From a virus, in UHGV virus genome UHGV-1366640: a DNA stretch of 64,000 bases; one strand, written 5' to 3'. Below the pieces are notes generated by a model. It was not told the origin of the DNA, made no database searches, and worked only from the letters and a program-made list of their open reading frames with translations. This document shows, piece by piece, positions 29,075-38,654 of this stretch. Every line of letters begins with the position of its first letter. Within the stretch, counting starts at the first letter, position 1. The translations under genes and the position numbers were made by a program.

Positions 29075-32000
29075 TTGGCAGTCCTTGATCAACTTGAAAT
29101 GTTAAACGATCAATATGCAAAAGCATATAGTCAACTTAAGAGCTCCGCAAGAGAAAATTCTATGGCTCGTGGAAAGAATGTGTTGGGATCTTCTGAAGCA
29201 TTACCGATGTACACTTCTGATGTGAATCTATCTTCCCTTCCAAAGTCTATTTCAAATATCTATGCATTCATGAGAACAGAGACCAAATCCTTCTATACAG
29301 CAATGGCTGCTAAGATAGATGTGACAAATGGTCTCTTGACCATGATTGGTAAGGCTCAATCCGAATTCTGGGGAGATGGTCATGGTGACAATTTCCGTGA
29401 TTATCTTGATGAATCAAATCAAATTCTTGCAGATATCATTAATAAGGATAATACAGAATATTACAATACCATGAAGGATCTCGTTGATTCTGGTGTTTCT
29501 GACATGAGAGATGCAATCCAAGATCTCACAAAGAGCACACAGAAAATCAGGGATCAGGTCAAAGAGAATGCTAAAGAAGTAAAAGAAAAGAAAGATAAAG
29601 ATAATGCTAAAGACTCTACTTCTTGGTTGAAGAGCCTTCTTAGGGGGATTGGGAAGGGAGCTCTTGCTGCAGGTGGAGCTGCTGTTGATCTTGGAGTCAA
29701 ATATGGTGTCTCAGGAAAATACACATCACAGATTCTTCCAAAGTCGACACAGAAGTCAATTGAATCTGCTGTCAACAAACTCAATAATTTTGCTTCCAGT
29801 GGAATTGAATGGTTGAATTCAAATACAATCAAATCATCTGCTCTTTCAAAATTCAATACAGGAATGAATGAAGCTCTTAAAGTTGTAACAAAATATGGTA
29901 CAACTCAGCTTGATCGAATGGACGATCTTTATGAGAAGCAAGATGATATGGTTGATAACCTGATGAAGAACTATGGATTATCGGTCAGTCAAGCTCGTGC
30001 AGAAGCAGCTCGTGTGATGACTCGTCAGGGTGTCGCTCCTTATCGTAAGTACACGAAAGAGGAGCAATGGGAGAGAACATTCGGTGCAAGAGAATCTGCA
30101 ATTAATATCGGATTTTCCACTCCTCAGCAGATCAGTGTTGCAGCAGCTCAGATTAGAGAGATGGATGAAATCATGCCAAATCTCAATTTCCAGTCAAGTG
30201 AATTGTATCAAACATTAATTCGTGGTTATGAAGAGACAGGTCAAATGTCTCAACAGTTCTTTGATGATATACGATCTGCTACGAAGAATCTTATGGTTGA
30301 TCCGACAAGTCTTGTTTCCGTTGGAAATCAATTTACAAAATATTATAAGATCGTATCAAAAGGATCTTCTGATTTCTACAAAAACATGAGTAATGTAATG
30401 CGTGTTACTGCAAAATTGGAAGATCAATTTGTTGATTCTTCAAAAGCATTCGATGAGATGCTTGGTCTTGGTTTCAGCACAATTGATGAATTATCTGATG
30501 AGACAATTCAAAAGAACATGATTTTGTCACAGTATATGGATCCAAGCATTGGTGGTTTCGTTGGTTTGCAGAAATTGGCAAGAACTGATACAGCTGCTGC
30601 AGTTGAAGCTCAGCAGAAGGCACTTGGATCATATCTTCGTGATATGGGAATCAATAAAGCAGAAGACATCACAACAAAAGATCTCTATCTTCTTAAGAAT
30701 ATTGGTGTTACTGGTTTTGATCAAATCTCTGAAGCTCTTAATGCTGGATTTGCCGATCTTAATGAAAGTGAGCAGAAGCTTCAACGGAATCAAGGTGTTG
30801 ATGATTACACTGCAATTGAATCTGGGAAACAGCAACTCTATTATTTGAAAGCAAATAATGAGATGTTTGGCGGATTCAAACAGGAATGGGAAAAGTGGCA
30901 AGAGAGTATTGACTTTGAATTGCTTAATAATCAAAACTTGCGAAACTTTTATGATAATATTCAAAATGCCACATATGGCACGAAAGGTCTTTCATGGATT
31001 TCGAATAGTATTGAAGCAGGTCTTGTTGGTGGTGCTCTTTTTACAAAAGTGTCAGACATTTATGATCTCCTTGCTAAGAAATTTAAACTTCCTTCAATTT
31101 TCGCAAAAGGTGGAAAAGGAGCTGCTGGTGCTGGAGCAGGTGAAGTTGCTAAGAAAGGTCTTGGTACAGTTGGTAGAATCGGTTATGGACTTGCTGGTAC
31201 TGCTGCAATTGCATATGGTGGATATGAAGGATATCAAGCTTATAAGACCTTGAAAGATCCAACAGCTTCATCAGCTGCTGTTGGTGCTGAAAAGGGTCGA
31301 ATGGCTGGTGCTGGTCTTGCAGTGGCTGGTGGTGCTACTTCCCTCATTGGTGGTGCTTTCATGGGATCTGCTATAGCTGGTCCAATCGGTTTAGCAATTG
31401 CTGGCGTTGGTGCTGGTGCTATTTTGTTCAGTAAACATCTGAAGGAAATCAATGATTCTTCTGAGAAACTTGGAGAAGAACTTACAACATATAGTCAAAA
31501 ATTCTCAGATCAATATGATGTTCAAATTGATACTTACAAGAATACAGCAGATTATTTGAGTAATGTTGGGGGAGTTTCCAGTACTGTTGCAGATCAGTTG
31601 AAACTCTATGACGAACAACTTCAGAATGGAACAATAAGTTCTGGAGATTTTGATACTAAAATCAGAGAACTTGCCAATAGTGATGAGACTGGTACTCTTC
31701 AAGCGTTGATTACTGCAACAAATAATGGTTCTGGAGATCTTAAAGAAGCAATTGGAAAACTTGTTTCAGAAGATGGACAGACTGGTGCTCTGATAGATTA
31801 TTATACAGAACTCGGCAAATTGACAGAAGCAACGAAAGCACAAACAGAAGCTGTCGATAAGAATATTACTGCTGTATTGAAAGATGATCGTAATCGAGAA
31901 CTTAAATTAGCAACAGAGGGTCTCTATGAGGGGATAATCAAGTCAGATGCTTTTAAGAAAAAGAAATGGGGTAGCATTGCAGCAGATCTTATATCAGCTG

Positions 32001-34462
32001 GTGCAGATCCAAATCTTGTTGCTAACTTGCAAAAGGGCGGATTTACAAAAGATGAGATTAAATATCTAACAACAGGTGAAGCTGATTTTGGTGCAGATGT
32101 TGATTACTGGAAAGCAAGAGGTGGAATCGATACAACTCGTCTTAATGATAGTGGAAAGTATGATGAGCAATTTAATGTTGTAGCAAAGAAATATGGAGCA
32201 TCATCAATTACAACTGCAACTGAAGCAAAATCTAAGATGGATAAGTCACAGCAATACCTTGATGTTTTGCTTGGACGAAAAGAGATTCCTGGAATAGACA
32301 ATGGTTGGCTTCCTACGATTGGAGCATATTTCCAAAATGGTCAATTTGTTGGTAAGACTTCTGCAATAAAGTCTATGTCTGATAGTATTGTTAATTATGA
32401 AAAACTTGTTGGACTTGGCACAATCAATGGACAGGCTGGTTGGGTTTTTAAGAACAGAGATTCGGAACAAGATTGGTATGATAAAGCTAAATTTTGGAGT
32501 ACAAATCCTGACAAATATCCAAAAATAAAACAAGCATCTACGACTTTTGATGCTTCTGGATATGCTGGTGGTTCAAAAAATCTTGGAGGAGCATCTGCAG
32601 AGTTTCGCCCAGCGCATGCTGGTGGTCTTAACAAGGTTCCATATGATAATTATCTTGCTCTTCTGCATAAGGATGAAAGAGTCCTCACTGCAAAAGAAAA
32701 TCAGGCATATACATCAAGGATTTCTGATGTATTTTCTGGTGGATCTTCAGAAGATATTGAACTTGCTAAGAATACTCTCAGGGAAGATGAATTACATAAT
32801 GAATTGCTGACATCTCAAATCACAGAAATGAAATCTGGTGCAGAACTCGATAAGACATCAAATATTCTCTCTGAATCGGGCAACAAGTTGCTGTCTCAGT
32901 TGAACAAAAGACTTAATGATAACACATGGCAGATTGGTCAATTAACAATAGTTTCTTCTAAACTTCAAGAGATCTTAAAACCAATATCCAATGTTATGAA
33001 GGAAATTGGTAAGATTCTTAAAGAGGAAGAAGAGAATGCTAAGAAAGCAGCTCAATTTGGAGAGACTGATAAAAAAGATTCTAATAGTGGTGGTGTCAAC
33101 GATCCATTCTTGTCAATGGGAACAAAAGTTACTTCTCCATTCGGTCCGAGATGGGGTACTTTCCACTATGGACAAGATTATGGATTCCAAATGGGAACTC
33201 CTCTTCCTGCAATAATGAGTGGTGTTATCACAGAGAGTGGTTTCAATAATGGTTGCGGAAATTATGTTGTCCTTCAAGGTGATAATGGAGATTGGTTTAG
33301 ATATCTTCATATGAAAGAACCCGGACTTCCAACAGGCACTCAAGTCAATTATGGTGATATTGTTGGTCTTTGTGGCTCAACTGGTGATTCAACCGGACCT
33401 CATCTTCATTTTGAAACATATCATCCAGGAGCAAAAGAAGCAGTTAAAGGTAATGGTCTTATGGATCCTGCTATTTACTTCGATAAATATTATGTTGGCG
33501 GAGCAAGAAAGTCCTTCAGAAATAAGATCAAACAATTCTTCCAAAAGTATCTATTTGGTGGTGGAGAAGGAAACTATGATGTTGATCTCAGTTTCATGCG
33601 TCTCCTCGAATCAGGTACATCTGGTATTGAAGGATATCGTAGAACAACTGTATCTCCTCTTGGATATGCATATGGTGGTTATCAGTTTTCATCTCAGCCA
33701 GGAAATGGTGTTGATACACCGAGTGTCTTCATTTCTTGGTTGAAAAACAGTACAAATTCATCATACAGATCAATTGCAAGTACACTTGGAAATGGTAAAT
33801 ACACAGGTTTTGACTTTGCAATGATGAAATCCTTGTGGGAAAATGCTTATGATCAAAATCCGAATGCCTTTAAGAGTGCACAGGATGCTTTTGAATATGA
33901 ACATTATGTAAAACCTGCTCTTGCTCCATATCTTGATAGAAAAGGTCTTAATGCAAAACTCAAAGCAGTCATGGCTGGTCATGCAAACTGGATGGGCTCT
34001 GGTGGATTTTCTTCCATGATGTCAAGGATTTCTGGAGATCTTACAAATCAAAAATATATGGATGCTGTTAGATCTTATATTCGTGGAGGAAGCAATTACG
34101 GTCAATTCGCTGCTGGTTTTGAAAACAGAATGAACAGGGAAGCTCAGTATCTTGGTGTTCATCGTAATGGTTTAGAATCAGTTCCGTATGATGGTTATCA
34201 GGCAGTTCTTCATCAAGGTGAACGAGTTCTCACAGCACCTGAAGCTGAAGCATACAGAAAAGCTCTTGCTGAAGCAAATGCTTATGTGCCAGAAGTTCCA
34301 TCTGAAGTCTATGTTGATAATGCTGATGTAGTTGATCGGCTTGAAACATTAATTAAAGTTGTCACAAACGGATTTGCAGCTGTAACAAAACAATCAGAGA
34401 ACACTGAAACAAAAGTTGTTAATGTGAGAAAGAGATCAAATTCTATTCTTTCATACACTTAA
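29075..34462 (+). CDS. tail tape measure protein with M23 peptidase domain
   Basis: 1795 aa. Gly/Ala-rich hydrophobic segment around nt 31080-31440. M23 motifs HYGQDYGF ... GSTGDSTGPHLHFE around 33160-33420. Internal duplicated motif VPYDxYxAxLHxxERVLTA at ~32630 and ~34180. Confidence 0.7.
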   Translation: MAVLDQLEMLNDQYAKAYSQLKSSARENSMARGKNVLGSSEALPMYTSDVNLSSLPKSISNIYAFMRTETKSFYTAMAAKIDVTNGLLTMIGKAQSEFWGDGHGDNFRDYLDESNQILADIINKDNTEYYNTMKDLVDSGVSDMRDAIQDLTKSTQKIRDQVKENAKEVKEKKDKDNAKDSTSWLKSLLRGIGKGALAAGGAAVDLGVKYGVSGKYTSQILPKSTQKSIESAVNKLNNFASSGIEWLNSNTIKSSALSKFNTGMNEALKVVTKYGTTQLDRMDDLYEKQDDMVDNLMKNYGLSVSQARAEAARVMTRQGVAPYRKYTKEEQWERTFGARESAINIGFSTPQQISVAAAQIREMDEIMPNLNFQSSELYQTLIRGYEETGQMSQQFFDDIRSATKNLMVDPTSLVSVGNQFTKYYKIVSKGSSDFYKNMSNVMRVTAKLEDQFVDSSKAFDEMLGLGFSTIDELSDETIQKNMILSQYMDPSIGGFVGLQKLARTDTAAAVEAQQKALGSYLRDMGINKAEDITTKDLYLLKNIGVTGFDQISEALNAGFADLNESEQKLQRNQGVDDYTAIESGKQQLYYLKANNEMFGGFKQEWEKWQESIDFELLNNQNLRNFYDNIQNATYGTKGLSWISNSIEAGLVGGALFTKVSDIYDLLAKKFKLPSIFAKGGKGAAGAGAGEVAKKGLGTVGRIGYGLAGTAAIAYGGYEGYQAYKTLKDPTASSAAVGAEKGRMAGAGLAVAGGATSLIGGAFMGSAIAGPIGLAIAGVGAGAILFSKHLKEINDSSEKLGEELTTYSQKFSDQYDVQIDTYKNTADYLSNVGGVSSTVADQLKLYDEQLQNGTISSGDFDTKIRELANSDETGTLQALITATNNGSGDLKEAIGKLVSEDGQTGALIDYYTELGKLTEATKAQTEAVDKNITAVLKDDRNRELKLATEGLYEGIIKSDAFKKKKWGSIAADLISAGADPNLVANLQKGGFTKDEIKYLTTGEADFGADVDYWKARGGIDTTRLNDSGKYDEQFNVVAKKYGASSITTATEAKSKMDKSQQYLDVLLGRKEIPGIDNGWLPTIGAYFQNGQFVGKTSAIKSMSDSIVNYEKLVGLGTINGQAGWVFKNRDSEQDWYDKAKFWSTNPDKYPKIKQASTTFDASGYAGGSKNLGGASAEFRPAHAGGLNKVPYDNYLALLHKDERVLTAKENQAYTSRISDVFSGGSSEDIELAKNTLREDELHNELLTSQITEMKSGAELDKTSNILSESGNKLLSQLNKRLNDNTWQIGQLTIVSSKLQEILKPISNVMKEIGKILKEEEENAKKAAQFGETDKKDSNSGGVNDPFLSMGTKVTSPFGPRWGTFHYGQDYGFQMGTPLPAIMSGVITESGFNNGCGNYVVLQGDNGDWFRYLHMKEPGLPTGTQVNYGDIVGLCGSTGDSTGPHLHFETYHPGAKEAVKGNGLMDPAIYFDKYYVGGARKSFRNKIKQFFQKYLFGGGEGNYDVDLSFMRLLESGTSGIEGYRRTTVSPLGYAYGGYQFSSQPGNGVDTPSVFISWLKNSTNSSYRSIASTLGNGKYTGFDFAMMKSLWENAYDQNPNAFKSAQDAFEYEHYVKPALAPYLDRKGLNAKLKAVMAGHANWMGSGGFSSMMSRISGDLTNQKYMDAVRSYIRGGSNYGQFAAGFENRMNREAQYLGVHRNGLESVPYDGYQAVLHQGERVLTAPEAEAYRKALAEANAYVPEVPSEVYVDNADVVDRLETLIKVVTNGFAAVTKQSENTETKVVNVRKRSNSILSYT

Positions 34463-34467
34463 ACGGT

Positions 34468-34586
34468 TAAAGAGGTCATAAGACCTCTTCTCGCACGCTG
34501 AGAGCCCCTCTAATTAAAGAAGTGAGTCAGGGTAGTATAATTATACCCTTACTCACTTTCTTTTAATACAGGGCTTCTGAGAGCTT
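34468..34586. repeat. structured intergenic repeat, copy B
   Basis: AGAGGTC-ATAA-GACCTCT hairpin, then AATTAAAGAAGTGAGTCAGGGTAGTATAATTATACCCTTACTCACTTTCTTTTAAT (~22-bp stem), flanked by GCTGAGAGC direct repeats. Confidence 0.7.
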
Positions 34587-34623
34587 CACAGACTTTTAGA
34601 GATTCTTAAGATCTGTATAGATT

Positions 34624-34680
34624 AAACCTTAAATTTAAGAGTTTCATAAAGATGTGAAGCGTTTATACCTATAGAGTTAT
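34624..34680 (+). promoter_or_regulatory. phage promoter-like bipartite motif (AAGAGTTT-N15-GCGTTTATAC)
   Basis: Same spacing and sequence class as the other GCGTTTATA sites; sits upstream of the baseplate operon. Confidence 0.45.
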
Positions 34681-34710
34681 ATTTATTAAGATAAAGGAGA
34701 GTGATTTTAA

Positions 34711-35526
34711 TTGGTAACATCGATTGTAAATCTCAGTCTTCCAGTTGATGATCCAAATAGGTATATTGAAATTCCTGGATATGTTGCTGATTCATATTCA
34801 GAAACACTCTCAACCGCTCAATTTGAATCAATAACTACAATGGGAAGATCTTCTCCTGTTGTAATGTACAATAGTGGTAATGCAAGATCAATCAACTTCT
34901 CAATGCAATTTCATAGAGACATGATCGCTCCATATTCAACTGCCGTCAACTATGCTCAGCCAGGAATTGATGGAGATACGATCTATCAAGGATTGTATCT
35001 TGGTGAAGGAAAAGAACCATTGACAGAACAGCAATTGCTCAAAAGATATTATAATAATCTTCTACTTGATGTTAAGAATCAAATAGACTATGATTATTTC
35101 TCAAATCTTTCTGCTTATCAAAAAGCAAGAATCATATCGAGTGTTGATACAGGAGTCACTCCAAATGTTGCTCTTGACAAACTTCAACAGGAATATGATG
35201 AGCATACACTTCAAGCAGAGATAGAAGCATCAGCACGATTCCAGACATTTATCAATAAGATCAAAGCTCTGAATTATCCTGTGTATTCATCTGCTGGTGT
35301 CGTAGCTCCTCAGGTGTATCTTAAAATCGGAGAAACTCTTCGACTCAAGGGATATTGTGAAACAAGTGTCACATGGCAGAATGTTTCAAAATTCAATAAT
35401 CTCATTTCTGCAAATGTTACTTTCAATTTCACAGAAGTGGTTGATCAAGCATGGTCAGCTACAGAAGTCATTACAGGAATGCAAAGATATATCAAATGGA
35501 TGGATAGGGGGTTGAACCTTCGATGA
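34711..35526 (+). CDS. tail/baseplate protein (unknown)
   Basis: 271 aa, TTG start after SD AAGGAGAG. Confidence 0.35.
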   Translation: MVTSIVNLSLPVDDPNRYIEIPGYVADSYSETLSTAQFESITTMGRSSPVVMYNSGNARSINFSMQFHRDMIAPYSTAVNYAQPGIDGDTIYQGLYLGEGKEPLTEQQLLKRYYNNLLLDVKNQIDYDYFSNLSAYQKARIISSVDTGVTPNVALDKLQQEYDEHTLQAEIEASARFQTFINKIKALNYPVYSSAGVVAPQVYLKIGETLRLKGYCETSVTWQNVSKFNNLISANVTFNFTEVVDQAWSATEVITGMQRYIKWMDRGLNLR

Positions 35527-35861
35527 TTCCCATAAATCCCGTTGAACAATTTGTTAATCAATCAACAAGCCGATACAGTCTTAATCATCAAAAGACAATA
35601 ATTGAATATGATGGTTCAAAAGTCTACCTTGATCCGTATGTTATTTCTGGGATTACAGAGTCCGATGGTGATCAATATGAACAGATCACATCACAGACAC
35701 GACTTGACATTATTGCAAACAAATATTATAATGATTCAAAACTTTGGTGGGTTCTTGCAATGGTTAATAACATTTCAAATCCAATCTCAGATAATCTTGT
35801 CGGTAAGATTCTATGGATACCAACGATGTCATCTCTTGTTAAGAATGGAGTGACAAAATAA
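35523..35861 (+). CDS. LysM-like tail protein (P2 gpX-like)
   Basis: C-terminal ...IIANKYYNDSKLWWVLAMVNN...LVGKILWIPT resembles the LysM / gpX family. Confidence 0.4.
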   Translation: MIPINPVEQFVNQSTSRYSLNHQKTIIEYDGSKVYLDPYVISGITESDGDQYEQITSQTRLDIIANKYYNDSKLWWVLAMVNNISNPISDNLVGKILWIPTMSSLVKNGVTK

Positions 35862-37207
35862 TGGCAAATATAACATCACTTCCACAAGTTTTCTCTCCTT
35901 TTGTTTCCTTTATCGTAGGAGATAGAGAACTTGGAACATATAATCTCGTTGACAGATCGCCTAACACTTTTGTTTCCTTAAATCTTACCAAGAAGACAGA
36001 TTCTATGGCAGGATTTTCAGCAACAATTAAACTGAATTATCTTTCAATGCCAGATCTGTATGATTATGTTGTGGAACTTTTCAAACAAAATCAATCAGGA
36101 TTGGTTCCATGTACTCTGATGTATGGATATATTGATGGTCCAAGGACTCCTGTATATGACATGGAAATCATTTCAGTAGAGCCAACTGATATGTGGATGA
36201 ATCTCACCTTCAAATTGACAACTGGAAATTCCCGTAAAGAGATGTATAATTTCAATCAAGAGTTCATTCATGCATATGAAGTTGAACCAATCTATAATCT
36301 TTCAGATTTGGTAAGAATGATTGCAACTTATCAAGGCTGGAGTGTAGGTGAAATTGTTGATACCAAACCTCAGTCATCATTCTCCAATGGGACACCTGAA
36401 CCTGTCACTCTTCTGAATTATACGATGACTCCGCTTGAAGCAATTCAAAATCTTCTTCAAAGATTTCCTAATGAATCCTTAACAGGAGAAGGTGGCTACA
36501 CTTCATCATTCAAAAATACACCAACTGGACAGAAATATTACTTTGTTCCTTCATCTTATACATTCAATCAATATAGCAGTCAGGATTTGAAAACATATGA
36601 TTTCTATTTCAATGCTCTTCCACAGAGTCAAGTAATCAGTTTTGAACCAAAGCTTTCAACTGCCGTTACAAAATCAGCTGTAACAAGTCAGCAGACTACA
36701 CCAGAGAAGCCATCAATTGGTATGATTTCCTCAGATACGAATGAACTTGTTAATTTGATCTATGGATTTACAGCTGATGAAAACCTAAATAATTCATTAT
36801 CTCAAGAATTGTATAATGGCTCGAATCTTAAGATGCAAAAGGTTGGAATGGTTTCCTATGATGGAATGAAGAATTATCTTGCTTCTTCTATTAAAAATGA
36901 TATCAATGCGTATGTAGATGTCATTGGAATTAAGACCACTGCTACACTTGAACTCATAGGCGATCCTGATATCAATCCACAGGATTATATTAACATTGTT
37001 CCGCTCTATCCCGCATCTTGGGATGTTCCGATGAAGATTCATCCATCTGGTGGAACATATTGGGTCACAAAAGTTACAGATTCTATAGACTCCAGTGGAT
37101 ATACAACAACACTTGAAGCAACAACTGATGGTAATTATAAATTCAAGTTGGGAGAAATTACCACTGAATCAAATGCTGATTACAAATCAAAGGGAGGGAA
37201 TCAATAA
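35861..37207 (+). CDS. baseplate hub / gpD-like tail protein
   Basis: 448 aa, lies between the gpX-like and gpV-like genes. Confidence 0.4.
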   Translation: MANITSLPQVFSPFVSFIVGDRELGTYNLVDRSPNTFVSLNLTKKTDSMAGFSATIKLNYLSMPDLYDYVVELFKQNQSGLVPCTLMYGYIDGPRTPVYDMEIISVEPTDMWMNLTFKLTTGNSRKEMYNFNQEFIHAYEVEPIYNLSDLVRMIATYQGWSVGEIVDTKPQSSFSNGTPEPVTLLNYTMTPLEAIQNLLQRFPNESLTGEGGYTSSFKNTPTGQKYYFVPSSYTFNQYSSQDLKTYDFYFNALPQSQVISFEPKLSTAVTKSAVTSQQTTPEKPSIGMISSDTNELVNLIYGFTADENLNNSLSQELYNGSNLKMQKVGMVSYDGMKNYLASSIKNDINAYVDVIGIKTTATLELIGDPDINPQDYINIVPLYPASWDVPMKIHPSGGTYWVTKVTDSIDSSGYTTTLEATTDGNYKFKLGEITTESNADYKSKGGNQ

Positions 37208-37932
37208 TGATGGGTGCTCTTAAAGGACTTGTTGTTGATAATATGGATCCTCTCAAAATTGGAAGGCTTCGTATAAGAGTTCCTGTTCTTCATGGTGCTT
37301 CTCCAGCAGATCCCTCTTATATGGCAGATTCTTCTATTCCATGGTCATACCCTGTTATCCCATGGTATGGTGCATATGATTGTGGATCATTCATTGTTCC
37401 TCCTGTTGGTGCTTATCTTTGGGTGATTCAAACCGAAGGGGATAATCCCGCTTTTATCTATCTTGGAGGAAGCTATGGTACAGGATCAACTGTACCAAAA
37501 GTAATGAATACAACAGATTCATCCAATCCTTCAAATAAAAGTATGGGTCAGTGGTTCGCTCCAGCAGGAAAGCTTGAAATTCCAATCGAATCACAAGAAT
37601 CCTATACAGAATCTGGTGTAATCTTCAAATCTCCAAAAGGTCATACAATTTGTTACTCTGATAAAGATGATGAAGAGTATTTTAAGATCATCGACAGAGA
37701 TGGTCAATCAATTGAATTTATTTGTCCTGTTTCAAAAGAGGATAATGCTGGAAATAAATCGAAAAGAGTAGAGGGATCTTCAATCTCAGGTGGAAAGTTG
37801 AAGATTCATTCGACAGGGGATCTTGTGATCTTCTCTGATAATTCAATTACGATTTCTTCGAATAAGATTAATATTCAAGGTAATACATCTACTCGAATCT
37901 CTGGTGGATCAGAAGGAAAAACATATAGTTAA
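37207..37932 (+). CDS. baseplate spike (gpV / gp5 OB-fold-like)
   Basis: N-terminus MMGALKGLVVDNMDPLKIGRLRIRVPV ... YPWS matches the gpV / Mu gp45 family pattern. Confidence 0.5.
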   Translation: MMGALKGLVVDNMDPLKIGRLRIRVPVLHGASPADPSYMADSSIPWSYPVIPWYGAYDCGSFIVPPVGAYLWVIQTEGDNPAFIYLGGSYGTGSTVPKVMNTTDSSNPSNKSMGQWFAPAGKLEIPIESQESYTESGVIFKSPKGHTICYSDKDDEEYFKIIDRDGQSIEFICPVSKEDNAGNKSKRVEGSSISGGKLKIHSTGDLVIFSDNSITISSNKINIQGNTSTRISGGSEGKTYS

Positions 37933-37952
37933 GGACAGAGAGGTGATAACTT

Positions 37953-38654
37953 GTGTACCATGTTGTGATATCCGGTGATTATGTGACAGGGAGCTCACTC
38001 TCTGCAAAATTGTATTCAAATTCAGAGGAAGAGAGAATTGATTCAATAGAATGGCATGGAGATAATAAGTTGTATTCATTCACTCCATCAAGTTCAACAC
38101 TTCTCTCTACTTCAGAGACATATTTTCTTGGAAATACATCTCCTCGATATATCAAAGCGGTTGTTAATGGTTCAGTCTTTTCTGATACAGTAGTTATTGG
38201 AGGATATGTCGTTCCTCAATCGTGGCAGACATCTGAAACGCAGCCATTGACCATTGTGGGATCTGGTATTTCCTATGAAAAACCAATTTCTGCTGTATCA
38301 GGTCTTTCAACTCAATCCATAAACATAAATCGAATAAATCAGAGTTTGAGATTGATTTTGTCAACTGCAAAAGGCGAATTCCCGATGCTTCCAAACTTTG
38401 GTACAGATCTTTATAAGATTGTTCTGTTTTCAAATATGTCAGAAACTGGTCTTGAGAGTATTCGACAAGATCTTCTCTCTGAACTTTCAAATCAAGAACC
38501 AAGAGCTCAAATCCAAAATATTGATTGTTCATTTGACTATGATAAATTGACTTTGAAGATTTCGATAGAGTATTCGATTATAGATACGAATATCTCTGGG
38601 AATTTGATCTATAATAAATCTGCAGAAGGAGATGTATCCTATGGCTCAATCTAA
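37953..38654 (+). CDS. baseplate wedge protein (gpW / gp25-like)
   Basis: LILSTAKGEFPMLPNFGTDLYKIVLFSN matches the gp25/W lysozyme-like signature. Confidence 0.55.
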   Translation: MYHVVISGDYVTGSSLSAKLYSNSEEERIDSIEWHGDNKLYSFTPSSSTLLSTSETYFLGNTSPRYIKAVVNGSVFSDTVVIGGYVVPQSWQTSETQPLTIVGSGISYEKPISAVSGLSTQSININRINQSLRLILSTAKGEFPMLPNFGTDLYKIVLFSNMSETGLESIRQDLLSELSNQEPRAQIQNIDCSFDYDKLTLKISIEYSIIDTNISGNLIYNKSAEGDVSYGSI

